Shown here: piece after piece, positions 1-12,514 of the stretch
How positions within the stretch are numbered: position 1 is the stretch's first letter
Layout of the letters: each line of letters begins with the position of its first letter
Assembly (NCBI GenBank): GCA_000442015.1
Contig: KE560971.1
Span: forward strand, 62,001 to 101,424
Reading direction: 5' to 3'
DNA: 39,424 nt
Source: Rozella allomycis CSF55
Lineage: Eukaryota
The notes under the pieces: generated by a model
Database searches by the model: none
What the model saw: the letters and a program-made list of their open reading frames with translations, nothing else
Told to the model about the DNA's origin: nothing
Made by a program: the position numbers and the translations under genes

Positions 1-508
1 TTCATTTTCTCTTCAACACGTCTTTGCAATTTAATATCATATGAATATGCAATACTAAGATCCATCAAATCTTTATTTTTTCGCTGAAGAGTTTGCCATT
101 CAGCCCGTTTCACAATTAATTCAGCAGCTAATTCCTAGAAATCTTGAATCACAGCATTACTTGATTGGTTTGATCAGCTACTTGTAATTCTTTCTCCAAA
201 TCTTTAGAGTACTGCTTTGATGTTAACGAGTCTTGTGCTTCATGTTGCCACTTTTCTTTTCTGTCATAAAATACAAAGTCGATTTACAATTCGAAAAACG
301 CATTTTGCATTGATTCTAGTTGCGACTTTGTCTTGTATAATGCAATTCCTAGTTCCTTTTTGTCATTCGCAACCAAATTCAAATCATGATCCTTATCGTC
401 AATTAATTTCTTTAAAGAAAAATATTGTCTATCAAATGAATCTACAAGGGCCTTCTGAACCTTAATTAAGTGATCTTGCAAGGGATCTCTTTCGGTTGTA
501 TCTGTCAT
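1..508 (-). CDS. Coiled-coil protein, CCDC40-like axonemal ruler component (5' part; runs off the window)
   Basis: ATG at 508; the frame continues after removing two short GT-AG introns. Segment LIKVQKAL...KELGIALYKTKSQL resembles the CCDC40 N-terminal (R/K)xELGVxLY segment as I recall it; heptad-rich continuation. Confidence 0.5.
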
Positions 509-610
509 TCAATATTTGGTATCCAGGAAACAAATAAAAAACTTCTATTTCATGACAAAAAGTGAATTAATTTGAATTTCCATAAAAGGTAAATAATAAA
601 GAATTTCGAA

Positions 611-3448
611 ATGCTTCTAACGGGATTAAACAAGAGGTGCATTCACACAACCATTCCAAATTTCAAAGGTTTATTTTCAAGAATAAGAAAAGCTGCTACG
701 ATATCAGAATCAGAGGTGGAAGACGTTCCTGCAGAACCATCCACTGGACTTTCTCGTCTCACTATTCCTCAATTACTTCCAGAATTAATATCGATTCCAG
801 TGACGAAAAGGCCTTTATTTCCTAGCTTTTATAAATCATTTTCCGTCAAGGATCAAAATGTTGCCGACGCAATTCAAAAAACTATTCAAAAGGGACAGCC
901 ATATATTGGTTTATTTTTAAGAAAAACAGGTAAATGAATAATTTAAACAGTGTTTAAAGATGAAAATGCCAAAATGGAAGAAGTCCTTAGGACAAGAGAG
1001 AATGTAGAAGAAAACAGCGCCTTAAAAAGTATGTTAACAATGTTTTTTTAAAACAAGGTGAAACTATAAAAACAATAAATGAAGTTTACAGATTTGGTGT
1101 GCTGGCGCAAGTTGTAAATGTTGCCAAGACAGAGGATGCAACAGGTTTACATACTATTATATATCCACGAAGAAGAATAAGATTGTGTGATTTAACAACT
1201 CCAGTAGATGCATTGGTATCAAAAGCGCGCGTAGAAACATTGAAAGATGAAAAATTCGACAAGGAAAATGGAGTTGTAAAAGCCTTGACAAATGAGATAT
1301 ATTCTGGCCTTTCTGAAATTGCTCGAATGAATGGTTTTTTTCGAGAGCATATTGCGAATTTACAATTGACTGCCAATGTCTTTGACAATCCTGCCCAACT
1401 TGCTGATTTCGTAGCTGTCCTTGTTTCTGCGGAGCCAGAAGAATTACAAGAAGTTCTCGAGTCTTTAGTTATTGAAGAACGATTAAGAAAAGCATTGGTT
1501 CTGTTAAAGAAAGAGCTTGTTAATGCCAGACTTCAAAACAGTATCTCCAAGGATATTGAGCAACGAATTAACCAAAGACAGAGGGAATATTATCTGATGG
1601 AGCAAATGAAAAGTATTAAAAAGGAATTGGGATTAGAAAGTGACGGAAAAGAGAAAGTGATTGAAAATTTCAAGGAAAAGGCGAAAGAACTTAAGATGCC
1701 TGAACAAGCTGCCAAAGTGTTCAATGAAGTAAAAAACTATTACAAGATTTAAAAAAGGAAATTTCAAAATTGAATGTTTTGGAGCCTTCAGGGGCAGAAT
1801 TTAACATTACCAGGAGTTACATAGAATGGCTCGTTTCACTTCCATGGGGAAAGCAAAAAGAAGAAATATTGAATGTTGCTAAAGCTGGAGTTATCTTGGA
1901 TGAAGATCATTATGGTTTGAAGGATGTGAAGAAGAGGATTTTGGAGTTTGTTGCGGTAGGCAGGTTGAACCAGGGTGTTCAAGGGAAAATCATCTGCCTT
2001 GTCGGTCCACCTGGTAAGCCTAAAGAATAGTTAAGATAGGTGTTGGAAAAACATCTATAGGAAGAAGTATTGCAAGAGCATTGAATAGAGACTTTTTCCG
2101 TTTCTCAGTTGGCGGGCTTTCTGATGTGGCAGAGTTAAAGGGGCATAGAAGAACTTACGTTGGAGCGATGGTAAAACATTTAAAGCTTAATGAAATCAGC
2201 CTGGGAAATTAATCCAAGCTCTGAAAAGAGTTCAAAGTGAAAACCCATTGATATTAATAGACGAGGGTAAATTATTGCATTTCTAGTTTAATAAAGTTGA
2301 TAAATTGGGTAAAGGACATCAAGGAGACCCCGCGAGTGCATTGCTGGAAGTTTTAGATCCAGAACAGAACAATTCATTTGTTGATCATTATTTGGATGTT
2401 CCAGTTGATCTTTCAAAGGTCCTATTTGTGTTGACTGCAAATGATCAATCTTTAATTCCTGAACCCTTGCAAGACAGAATGGAAATTATAAATCTTTCTG
2501 GCTACGTTCAAGAAGAAAAAGTTGAGATTGCAAAACAATATTTAATTCCAAAGGCTTTGAAAGAATCTGGTCTGTCAAAAGATGAAATTGAATTTTCTGA
2601 TTCTGCATTAAATGATCTCATTCGTTGGTATTGCAGAGAGAATGGCGTTCGCTCGTTGAAGAAAAAGATCGAACAAATATTTAGAAGGGCCGCTTTAAAG
2701 AAAGTTGAAAATTCAGAAAAGATCGAAAATGAAAAGTCTGAATTATTAGATGAAAATGTTAAAACTGAAATCGTACCTGAAAACTTGAAAGATTTCATCG
2801 GACAACCAATTTATACATCTGATAGACTGTATGAAACAACTCCGCCTGGCATTGTAATGGGCTTGGCTTGGACTTCAAACGTAATTTTTAACGGTCATTT
2901 TGATTTTAGGGTGGTGCTGCATTTTTTGTTGAAACTTTAATAGATCCATCTGATAAGCCACAGATCCAAACTACTGGACAGCTTGGTAAAGTTATGGAAG
3001 AATCAGTTGAAATCGCATATTCATTCGCTAAATCATTTATTGCATCAAGATTTCCCGAAAACGATTTTTTTAAAAAACACGCTATTCATTTGCATGTTCC
3101 CGAGGGAGCCATGCCAAAAGATGGTACCCATATAATTTATTCTTTTAAAAAGGCCCATCCGCTGGCATTACAATGACATCTGCTCTAGTATCCCTCGCCT
3201 TAAATCAATCCATAAATCAAGGCATTGCAATGACTGGTGAAATTACTTTAACCGGAAAGGTTCTTGCCATTGGAGGATTGAAAGAAAAAACAATCGCTGC
3301 TAAAAGGGCTGGTGCAAATACCATCATTTGTCCAAAGGCAAACTTGAATGCATGGAGTGAACTTCCCGATTACATTAAAAAAGATGTTAATATTCATTTT
3401 GTAGACCATTTCAGTCAAGTCTATGACATTATTTTCAACAAGAGTTAA
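611..3448 (+). CDS. PIM1: Mitochondrial Lon ATP-dependent protease
   Basis: Spliced through 8 introns (930-959 or 930-950, 1029-1057, 1729-1757, 2014-2039, 2171-2199, 2267-2296, 2881-2909, 3124-3152): RPLFP N-domain, Walker [21 protein letters not shown], Walker B ILIDEVDK, catalytic [27 protein letters not shown]. Confidence 0.97.
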
Positions 3449-3615
3449 ACAATAAAATCATAATTTACTTTTAATTTTCTTCTTAAAATTAATCATTAAT
3501 CCCTCAAGGCCCTTATTATCATTAACAATTTAATTTTGCATTTTCTATTTAATCTTGTTGGAAACCAAAATTTCGACCTAGTTTCCAAATTCACGTGCCC
3601 TTGTCGATACACCAA

Positions 3616-4339
3616 ATGTTTTCGCTCCTCCAAAACAATTCCACATCCAATGAAAATGCAAATGACGGCGCCAAATTACGTCAACGTCATACCAAGAAAA
3701 CAAATTTCATTTCCTATACCTTTGCAGTCTTTGCCTCTATTGTCCAAAGCGTCCAGGGCCAAATAGTCGCCCAAACAACTTATTCCGTTCGTATTCTTGC
3801 AGCAGTATTGTTATTACCATGGGTAATTTCTGTAAAGCGGTTTTACTAGTTGATTATACCTGCCCTTTTGACGGTATGGTTTGTGGTACTGCCAATGGTC
3901 TGGTGCTCATTGTTTTTATATGCTGCAGTATATGACGGTTCAACTACTGTTGATCACTTGCAAGAAGCCTTTGCTGATGTGTACGGAGTTAAAATTCCAG
4001 TAATGTTGATATGTGTAGCTAAGATAGGCCACTGTGATTGTATATGCGAAAAAGTTTGCTGCATATTATGATAAGACTGCTGGATGGTTTTTATTTAGCA
4101 TTGTATCTGTAAGCATAGATTTACCAGTGTTATAGGCTGCCCAAAGATTGAACAAGGCTAGTGGCGGCATTAGCTCCAAGGCCCTCACCATTACCTATGC
4201 ATTCTATGTTGCCGCTTTTACCCATGCATTATCCATTATTGAAAATGTGTTTGGAAAGAATTCAAAAGTAGCCTCAGCTGTCAGCAGCCGTGCCCCTTCA
4301 CCAGCCCGTAATGATACTCCTGTTCAAAAAAAGCAATAA
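3616..4339 (+). CDS. Hypothetical membrane protein (4 exons)
   Basis: ATG 3616; three 27-28 nt GT-AG introns join the ORF pieces into one frame with hydrophobic stretches (ILAAVLLLPWLIIPALLTVWFVVLPMVWCSLFLY). Confidence 0.7.
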
Positions 4340-4412
4340 ACCAACTTGAAATATATTTCTTTTTTTACAAAGACAATCAATTTTTTAATAAGATACAATT
4401 TATTACTACAAA

Positions 4413-5759
4413 TTATCTTCTTCTTGACTGAAACACTTGTCTGGGTGACGCTGAATTGATTTCTTCGAGCATTCTCAATTTATTTTTTAAAATTTCATTT
4501 TCCTGTGAAATTGAATGGAATGCAGATGTCATTAAATTATTGTGCAAATCCATAGTTGACGAAAATGTTTGGATTTGAGCGTCGACGACTGTTGGGCGAC
4601 TTTGAGTGGGTTGATCAATCATATCAGTTTGAATTTCTTTATCATCAAATTCTTTAACAGTCAATTCTTTAACAGCCAATTCTTTAACAGCAAATTCTTT
4701 AACAGCCAATTCTTTATCAGCCAATTCTTTAACAGCAAATTCTTTATCATAGATTTGTTTATCATTAAATTCTTTATCATTAAANCCCGCAACGTATGCA
4801 ACTCTTTGAGCAAGGAATCCAGCTCTGCATTACTTACACGAGATGTGTTGTTTCTTGGAGTATTATTCTTTTTCGGCGNCATTAAATTCTTTATCATTAA
4901 AATGTTTGCTCACATCAGAAATTTCAATCCTATCAAAATCCCTGTTCAATAGTGGCGAATGGCATCCCGACGACATGAATTCCTGCATATCAATATCCGA
5001 CAAGCAACCGCTGTCCGACCTTTTTTCCACAATCCCATTACGGTTTGACACAACCTCCAACTGACTTTCATCCAATCCAACAAATTCACCCCTCTTGTGT
5101 ACAATCTCCCGCAACGTATGCAACTCTTTGAGCAAGGAATCCAGCTCTGCATTACTTACACGAGATGTGTTGTTTCTTGGAGTATTATTTTTTGGCGATC
5201 TTTTGTGAGATACTCTTCTGACTATTCTCCTTTCTGATGCCCTTTGTCGGGTTGAATTGTCCTTTTCGGGAGAGTAATGGTCCATTTCTCTTCGGACTCT
5301 TTTTGGGGTGTGTACATTTGAATCGTTTCTGGGATAATGTGATCCAGAACTGGAAGGGCCTGGATTAGTTGATGTAAATCTTTTGGGGGGCTCTTTATTA
5401 TTGGTCTTTTGGTCTGATTCTTTTTTGGAATTAAATGAGGAACTTTTATCATTATTATTGTTGGCGGAGGGATTATTTTTATCTGTTTTGTAACTCTGAC
5501 TGTCATTTTTGACGTTTAAATTTCTGCTTTTAGGGGTACCAATATTAAGGTTTTTATCTGGCACTTTAACTGGATCTTTCTTGAGTTGATCCCTTTTAAC
5601 TTGATCCCTATTGATTTGATTATGTTCCCTATTAACTGGATCTTTCTTGACTTGACCAACTTGCTCCTTTTTGACTGTATTTTTCCTCGACTTATTTTTC
5701 TTATCTTCGTCTGAAACCAAGTCAATGATATTAACAGGAAGGATACTTTTTCTTTTCAT
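4413..5759 (-). CDS. Hypothetical low-complexity basic protein with KELAV/KEFND repeats; interrupted by a misplaced N-flanked fragment
   Basis: ORFs 4863-5759 and 4413-4724 are separated by two Ns (4785, 4879) enclosing a copy of about 5108-5198; K/N/R/S-rich N-terminal half, short C-terminal coiled coil. Confidence 0.65.
4632..4900 (+). repeat. 15-bp coding minisatellite (AATTCTTTAACAGCC / AATTCTTTATCATTA variants)
   Basis: About ten degenerate tandem units directly visible; encode KE(L/F)(A/N)(V/D) on the minus strand; the array is broken by the N junctions. Confidence 0.9.
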
Positions 5760-6218
5760 GAATTTTGAAAAAATGCAGCCACCATCAATGAAAATGGAAG
5801 GTTAATAATTAATCATTGCATCTTTGATAAAATATAAATTAATGCAAAAAGACATGAAATGAATGTGAAATCAGATATGAGATGAAGAAGTCTATAAATT
5901 ACCCATGAGATCGAAATGATTAAAAGACAAGGGAATCAAAAAGATAAAGAAAAGTTGGAATGAAATTNTCAAAAAGAAGAATAAAAGTTGGAATGAAATT
6001 CACTCTTTGTTGCTTTGAATCTTTAAAAGTAGATTTGGGAGTGTCAAAAGGGTGAGACATAAAAGATGAAACTCCACACTTGATGTCTTGCAACGATAGA
6101 CTTGAGTACTAAATCACTTCACGACAAACAACTAAAAATCTTAAGAAAACTATTGTTAGTTTTAACATTTAAAGACAATATTATCTAAAACTCAAAACTA
6201 AAGAAAAGAAAAACTATT

Positions 6219-9200
6219 TTATTCAAGAACTAGACCAGACCCTTTATTTCCAAGACCACCAATCTAAAGTTAAGAAAGAATGTATAAATTACTTGACAGA
6301 TTGAACAGAGATTATCATTGTAGCAAGGATTAGCTTTTGCTAAACAATAGGGACAAGTGATGAAATCAGAGATTAATTTGAAAGAGATTGAACAGATTGA
6401 TAAAGATTGATCAAAGTCAATTTGAATAGCGTTTTCATTCTTCTTGTCGCAAACAGATAAAACTTTTTTAGCTTGAAGAATAATTTGATCGTTTCCATTA
6501 GCAAGAGAAATTAACTTTTTAGCAAATAAAGAAGCGTAGATGAAATTGTTTGATTTGAAATGAGAAACCATTGCAGAACGACAACTCAATAGTAAATGAG
6601 AAGGATTTAAATTGCATAAAGTAAAATAGGAAGATAATTCTAAATTTTCTTTTAAATCAGAAATAGATTTTCTTTTAACTTCCATTGATAACCCTAAAAT
6701 GTATTCTCTGCATTCATTTATTAAATTTTTCAATTCAGAATTATTTTTAGATAAAAGTGGAATCAAATTTAAAATTTTTCTAAAAATAAAAATAGATTCT
6801 GGAAATTTCCCAATTGTAGTTAAATTCAAAGCTTCATTTTTCATTTCAATTAATTTATTAAATTCATATGGACTTGAAATCTTTTCACCTTGTTTTATTC
6901 TTGGTGGAAACAAAGATTTGTTAATGTTTATTGCTCCTATTTGTTCTCTTAACAATTTCATTGCTCTATCATAATCCCCTAACAAAATTGAATGAATTGG
7001 AACTAAACTTTTCTCTTCTTTTGCTTCTCTTAAATCTTCTTCCAAGTCAACATTTCCCCATCCATCCATTGCATCATGAAATTCATCCAGAGTATTATCA
7101 GCTTTATATTCAGTGTGACTCTCATTATCATATCTTTCAACTTTTGCTTCATTTCTTTCACTATCATTTCTTTCACTATCATTTTCAGAAAATAATTCAC
7201 TTTGAGGCTTCATTGGCCAATCTCTAGAATTAATAAACGTTGGAATTGGTGGAACAATTAATTGATCTTTAACTTTAATTGACTTTTCCTTTTCTTGATT
7301 AATTTCAATTTCAATTCCATAATTCTTTGCCATTAAACAAGCTAATGCATTTTGATTATTTCTTTTCAATATTTCAATTTGATCCAAAATATTTCCTCTT
7401 AAAAGAGCATTTTGATAAGATAAACTTTCATCAAAATTTAAAACATTTTTCATCTTTTTCAACTTTTCTAAATTTCCAGAAATTGAATAAAAGAAATTCA
7501 ATTTTTCAAAATTTTTAATTTTTTGTAAACAAATTTCATAAATATTCACATTCCCTTGCTTTAACGCTTCTTGACTCAATTTATGCCAAAATTCTTCTTT
7601 ATTAATAATCTCAGCTGCTTCAAATGACACTTGCAAGTTCCCACTCTCAATCCCCAACTCAAATCTAGATTTTGGTTCTTTAACAAACATCAATGCAATC
7701 TCTGGATACCCTTGCTTCCACAAATATGAAATAACACTCTGGCCAATCAATCTCCCACTATTAATCATCTCCATCATCTTTTCATATTTATTCTCTTGCA
7801 ACGCCAACTTAAATTCACACTCAGTCAAATCAACCTTCATCATCTTCATCTCCCCCTTTCTATCCAAACAATAAACTTCATCTCCATTCAAATACCCCAA
7901 ATACATTCTACTCTCTATAGTCTTTATTATCCCTTCTAATAACATCATTCATTCTTTACCATTGTCTTCATAAATAGTCGCATACTTCAAATGTGTCAAC
8001 GTTGAATACAAAAATAAATTATTTCCCCTCCATATTCCACTCTTCAACTTTGAATGTTCTTGAAAACTACACACTTTCTTCAAATCTTTATCAAATATAT
8101 TCAAATCTATTTTAATCAAATAAATTTCTTACAATCTTTTGTTAACACAGCCACTTTAGATCCATCACGTGACCATATCACATGTTTAACGCCACTTATT
8201 TCATTCTCTCCAACAACATTTTCATTGGTTAAATCAATCAATTTAATCATCTTATTAAATATAACAACAACTTGATTAGTCGCTGCTGATGCCAAATCTT
8301 TTATTTCGTTATCCATTTCAATTGTTTTAATAATTTCATTTCTAACATTTCTCACAATCAATTTATTTCCTTCAAAATAACAAAATTTATTTTTAGAAAC
8401 AAAAACACCTGAATTGCCTTGAATGTTTTTAACTTCACTAGATCCCAACCCTTCTCTATAATTCTCTTCCAATTGAACATAATCTATATTCCCTTGCGTT
8501 GAAATTAATATAGTCTTTTCATATCCATTATACGATATCTTTCTAGGCTGATTGTTTATCTTCCCTGTTTCCCTTATAGTTCCAACTACCACATCATTTC
8601 CATTATCAACATTTATCATCCTTATAAACTTGTCCTTTACATAAATCATCTTGTTATCTTCAAACACAACAGCTGGTCTTTCTCTTTCAATCTTAAATGA
8701 CATCATTCCTCCATCATGTCCAGCTACAAACATATTCAAACTTGGATGAACACTCAACACCCAGAATCTAAAATTCTCCATTGAACACGTTGCCACACAA
8801 CTCCTCTTATTCATATCCCACACTCTTATGCTCTTATCTTCTCCATTGCTTAAAATATACTCTGCCCTAGGGTGAAATATCGCACATGACACATTGTTAG
8901 TATGTCCCCTAAATGAATCTACTTCCCACGCCTTTGTTTCTAATATTCAATATTTTCACACTCTTACCGCTATATCTCCACAATCTCACTGTTCTATCAT
9001 CACTCGCAGTTACTATCATTGGCAAAGTAGCATGGAACTCGGCCCAATTAACCCCTCTATCATGGCCCTCCAACACAAACTTTACACTTGTATCCATCGA
9101 TCCAAACAACTCCTACTTTACAATCACTATTCATCTCTACTGGCTGTTGAAATCTACGCTCTTCCATTGTTCTGGGTGCTGGCTTTGTATTCTTATTCTT

Positions 9201-9777
9201 CAATCCATTAATATCCCACACCCTCACAGTTTGATCCAAAGACGCTGACACAACCAATGCCTCCGTTGGATGAAACTGTGCACACATCACATAATGGCTA
9301 TGTCCCGCCAACACACTAATACACGATCTCGATTGCCAGTTCCATATTCTTATAGTCTGGTCATCACTCGCACTCACTATCCACGGATGCTCATTATGGA
9401 AAAACACACTTCTTATATAATCCAAATGTCCATTCAATGTAAACAAACATCTTCTCTGCTTATAATTCCAAACCTTTCCTCTTCTTCGCATTCTATTACC
9501 TTGATCTTAAAATCATCGCCACCAGATACAAAGAGCGGCTGGCTCGAATGGAAACTCACTCCTCTAACAGGCCCTTTTTTATTTCATTTCATGCACACAT
9601 ACCTTGGTGCTCCTCAAACTTGTCTACAAGCGTTCGGCTACGGTAATCCCATAGCTGAATCGTCCCGTTATGAAGAGATGCTAATATCCATGGTCTTTGC
9701 GGGTGAAAGGAAACTCCCTTCACTCGGCTACTCTTGGTATCAAATCTTTGCAAAAGCGTTGCACTAGAGGTCGTCAT
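6219..9777 (-). CDS. COP1: Coatomer subunit alpha (alpha-COP)
   Basis: [69 protein letters not shown] repeats; [16 protein letters not shown]-terminal [12 protein letters not shown] and CPYC..CSIC. Several short introns; final exon [14 protein letters not shown] ends at 6219. Confidence 0.97.
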
Positions 9778-9782
9778 GATTG

Positions 9783-9791
9783 AACCAGGGT
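9783..9791 (-). promoter_or_regulatory. Start-proximal ACCCTGGTT element (COP1)
   Basis: 5 nt upstream of the ATG; identical 9-mer at 27316-27324 (minus) and 17725-17733 (plus). Confidence 0.6.
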
Positions 9792-10070
9792 CGTTTCCGA
9801 AAATTACCTTTATCGCAATAATAGTACCCAGTGTAAAATTATTATATTATGAACTCCATTACGTTAATATTTCGCATCAGTATACTATTAGTATACAAAA
9901 TTGGATAAATTCTCACGAGTGATTAGTGGATTTCTCATTGATTAAGTATTCAAACTAATGCTCATCAATGACCAAATTTACATCTAAATAGATATTAAAA
10001 AATTAAAATATATTTTATCACTTCTAGTTTGATTTATTCTTAATTTATGTCCACAGACTTACCGCCAACC

Positions 10071-10999
10071 CTATTTTTTGGGTTTGCTTTTAACTTTCTT
10101 TTTATTGGCCTTTTCTTTTCCTAAAGCTAAACATTTTTGATAGCCTCTAGGTTTCATTCTTGAAGGAGTTTCGTTGCTGCAGTTAGCACTCATCTGTCCA
10201 ATTCGTACTTCATGGCACTTATCGATGTAATTGTAATATGCTAAACACCTACCGTCTTTTTTGTGTACATCACCCAAAGACGCAGAGCACTGACCCTTTG
10301 TACTTACTTTGGAGTCATCGCGAATCGCAAAGTCATGGCAGGAAACCCAACTAGGAAGAGCAGATTTAACATCTCCATAGTATATCCCCATACCATAGGC
10401 AATCCATTGCNTCTACCGTCGTTTTTGTGTACATCACCCAAAGAAGCAGAGCACTGACCCTTTGTACTTACTTTGGCGCCATCGCGAATCACAAAGTCAT
10501 GGCAGGAAACCCAACTAGGAAGAGCAGATTTGACATCTCCATAGTATATCCCCATGCCATAGGCAATCCATTGCAGCGTATAATTACCATTCGGAAGGTT
10601 TCGTGGAATGGTCAATTTTGAGTGGCATCTTGTTTTCCACTCTTCTGTTCCGTCGTCAGAAAACTTGTTACTTGGATCTCTTCCACCACAGTCTGATTCG
10701 TAACATGCATATTTGACTATATTGGCTGGATCATTAAACGCTTTTTGAGACTTTGATTGGTCTCGTGGCACAATGGACACGCGGATAAATCCACCTGCAT
10801 GATTATTCCTAGCCCATTCTAAGGGAATAACTTGACCTCTTTTGTAAGTGCCAGATGATTTGGGAGTAGCGGTTCCACATGGACCGTCACCTGATAATGT
10901 TACCGCCGTTCTAAGCGGTAGTCTAGGAAGCGGCTTTAATAATTGTGTATGGCTAACAACGTAAGGTAGAATGAAACAGAGAGTAAGCAGAAAAAACAT
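10071..10999 (-). CDS. Secreted His-brace LPMO-like / chitin-binding protein (assembly duplication at N 10411)
   Basis: Signal peptide then His as first mature residue (VVS-HTQLLKPLPR), GPCG, WARNNHAGG (second His), YTLQW, WVSCHD; collapsing the 162-nt duplicate gives one intronless ORF with a Cys-rich, Lys-rich C-terminus. Confidence 0.7.
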
Positions 11000-11265
11000 T
11001 TGTTACGCGGGGTACCCCTAATTCATTAACAGGAATAGACTCAATTTCAAAGTTCAAGATATTCTTTTTACATTATACATTCATTATTAAAGAAAGAGTA
11101 AACAATCGTAAATAGTGGTTTATTCGTAAATATCACTTAATTTCAAACTAGCCATTCTACAGATAAAGATTTCATAAAGTCNTACATTATACATTTAGGC
11201 ACATAATTAAAGAAAGAGTAACAATCGTAAATAGTGGTTTATTCGTAAATAGTCATCACTTAATT

Positions 11266-12186
11266 TCAAACTAGCCATTCTACAGATAAAGATTTCATAA
11301 AGTCTATTCTTTTCTTTCTCAGACTAAAGTATGAATATGTCCACCACACACCATGTGCAATGTAAAACGCCACCAGAACATCCATCGAGTAGTGTGATCG
11401 ATTCATTATTATTAATACCATACCACTCGCAACAATCAACCAAACAACTATTGATACAAAGCCCTGGACAATATTTCTTTGCTTAAAATCACTTGACAAA
11501 TACAAGGCGCAAAGGGTCATTACCATTGTATGTCCGCTAAACATTGAGTCTATAACAAAAAATTTAAGTAATCTACCCCCACAGCGATGGACAGAAAGAT
11601 ACGTGTATATGTCATATTCGTTTACTGCTGCACATGATTCTCGTGGGTCTGGAATGCCTGTTATAGCTATAGTCGTACTTTGTGACCTCAATGAAGTCAT
11701 TACCTTCGCAAGATTAAGCCAATCATTATACATTCTAGCAATTTGATACCATCTTCCAGTGGACGTTTTGTGCAAAGTCTATAAAGAATGAACAGAGTTG
11801 ATATCACAATTAGTGTGAGCGGGGGTAAATCCGTTAAATATAGGCTGTCCAATTGACCGAAGATTTGAAATCCTATTACAAATTAACAATTATGTTACCT
11901 ATGTCAGGTAAGCGCGGTATACTTCTCGTCGGGGAAAGGTAACTTGCCACGTTGCCCATAATCGTCTATCGCATAGTAAACTTATTAATACTGATATATA
12001 CAAAACAGGAATCAAAAGAATCACGTCTACTATTATCCTCTTAACGCTTTTGTTGACAATGCCAAATTTTTGACTTTGCCTTTTTCTAGTACGTGTTTCG
12101 AACTTATCTATTTGTTTTGGTTCGATCTGGAAACGAGAATCATTTATTTTGAGCAAAGAACACGATTCTAATGTAATTGGCCACAT
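11266..12186 (-). CDS. Sphingomyelin synthase / IPC synthase-like protein (PAP2_C domain)
   Basis: After removing 4 short introns: PRLPDIGF, TGIPDP, CGDSMFSGHT (restored by removing in-frame intron 11550-11576) and HYSMDV, matching SMS-family D1-D4 motifs; several TM segments. Confidence 0.88.
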
Positions 12187-12514
12187 GTTTGTTTACAAAA
12201 TATAGGTCCCGCCGAATTGTTCTAAAGCAAAATACAAAGGATAGGAAGTGTATGGGATTTCATTGCCTTAAATTTCAGTAATATGCTATATAACGGCAAA
12301 ACATCAGTTCAAAAATGCTGCCTCAAATACAAGATTTCAAGGTTACCAAATTCGTGTTCGGGGCTCGAATTTTTTAATGGGTAGAACCGTAGAAACAAGC
12401 CATATAGTATTGAAACGACAAAGAAATACATTTGTAGTAAATACTGGCCAGGGTTGTACTGCGGCATTACCAGGGTAGATTATGCGCTCTGGACTAGTAT
12501 AAAATGAGAATTTT

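Noticed and set aside
611-3448. Apparent frameshifts/pseudogenes or stop-codon reassignment in Lon and other fragmented genes
   Set aside because: Every break examined is resolved by a short GT-AG intron that restores conserved motifs; no recoding is needed.
4632-4784. Repeat array as CRISPR
   Set aside because: Tandem 15-mers without unique spacers, coding, in a eukaryotic context with no cas genes.
4786-4878. Copy of about 5108-5198 inserted in the minisatellite
   Set aside because: Bounded by single Ns on both sides; most likely a misplaced allelic contig, not a mobile element.
5935-6000. Short direct repeat AAAAGTTGGAATGAAATT
   Set aside because: Flanks N 5968; scaffold junction artefact.
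11069-11302. Duplicated 3' end of the SMS-like gene
   Set aside because: Copies flank N 11182 and differ by small indels; uncollapsed haplotype overlap.
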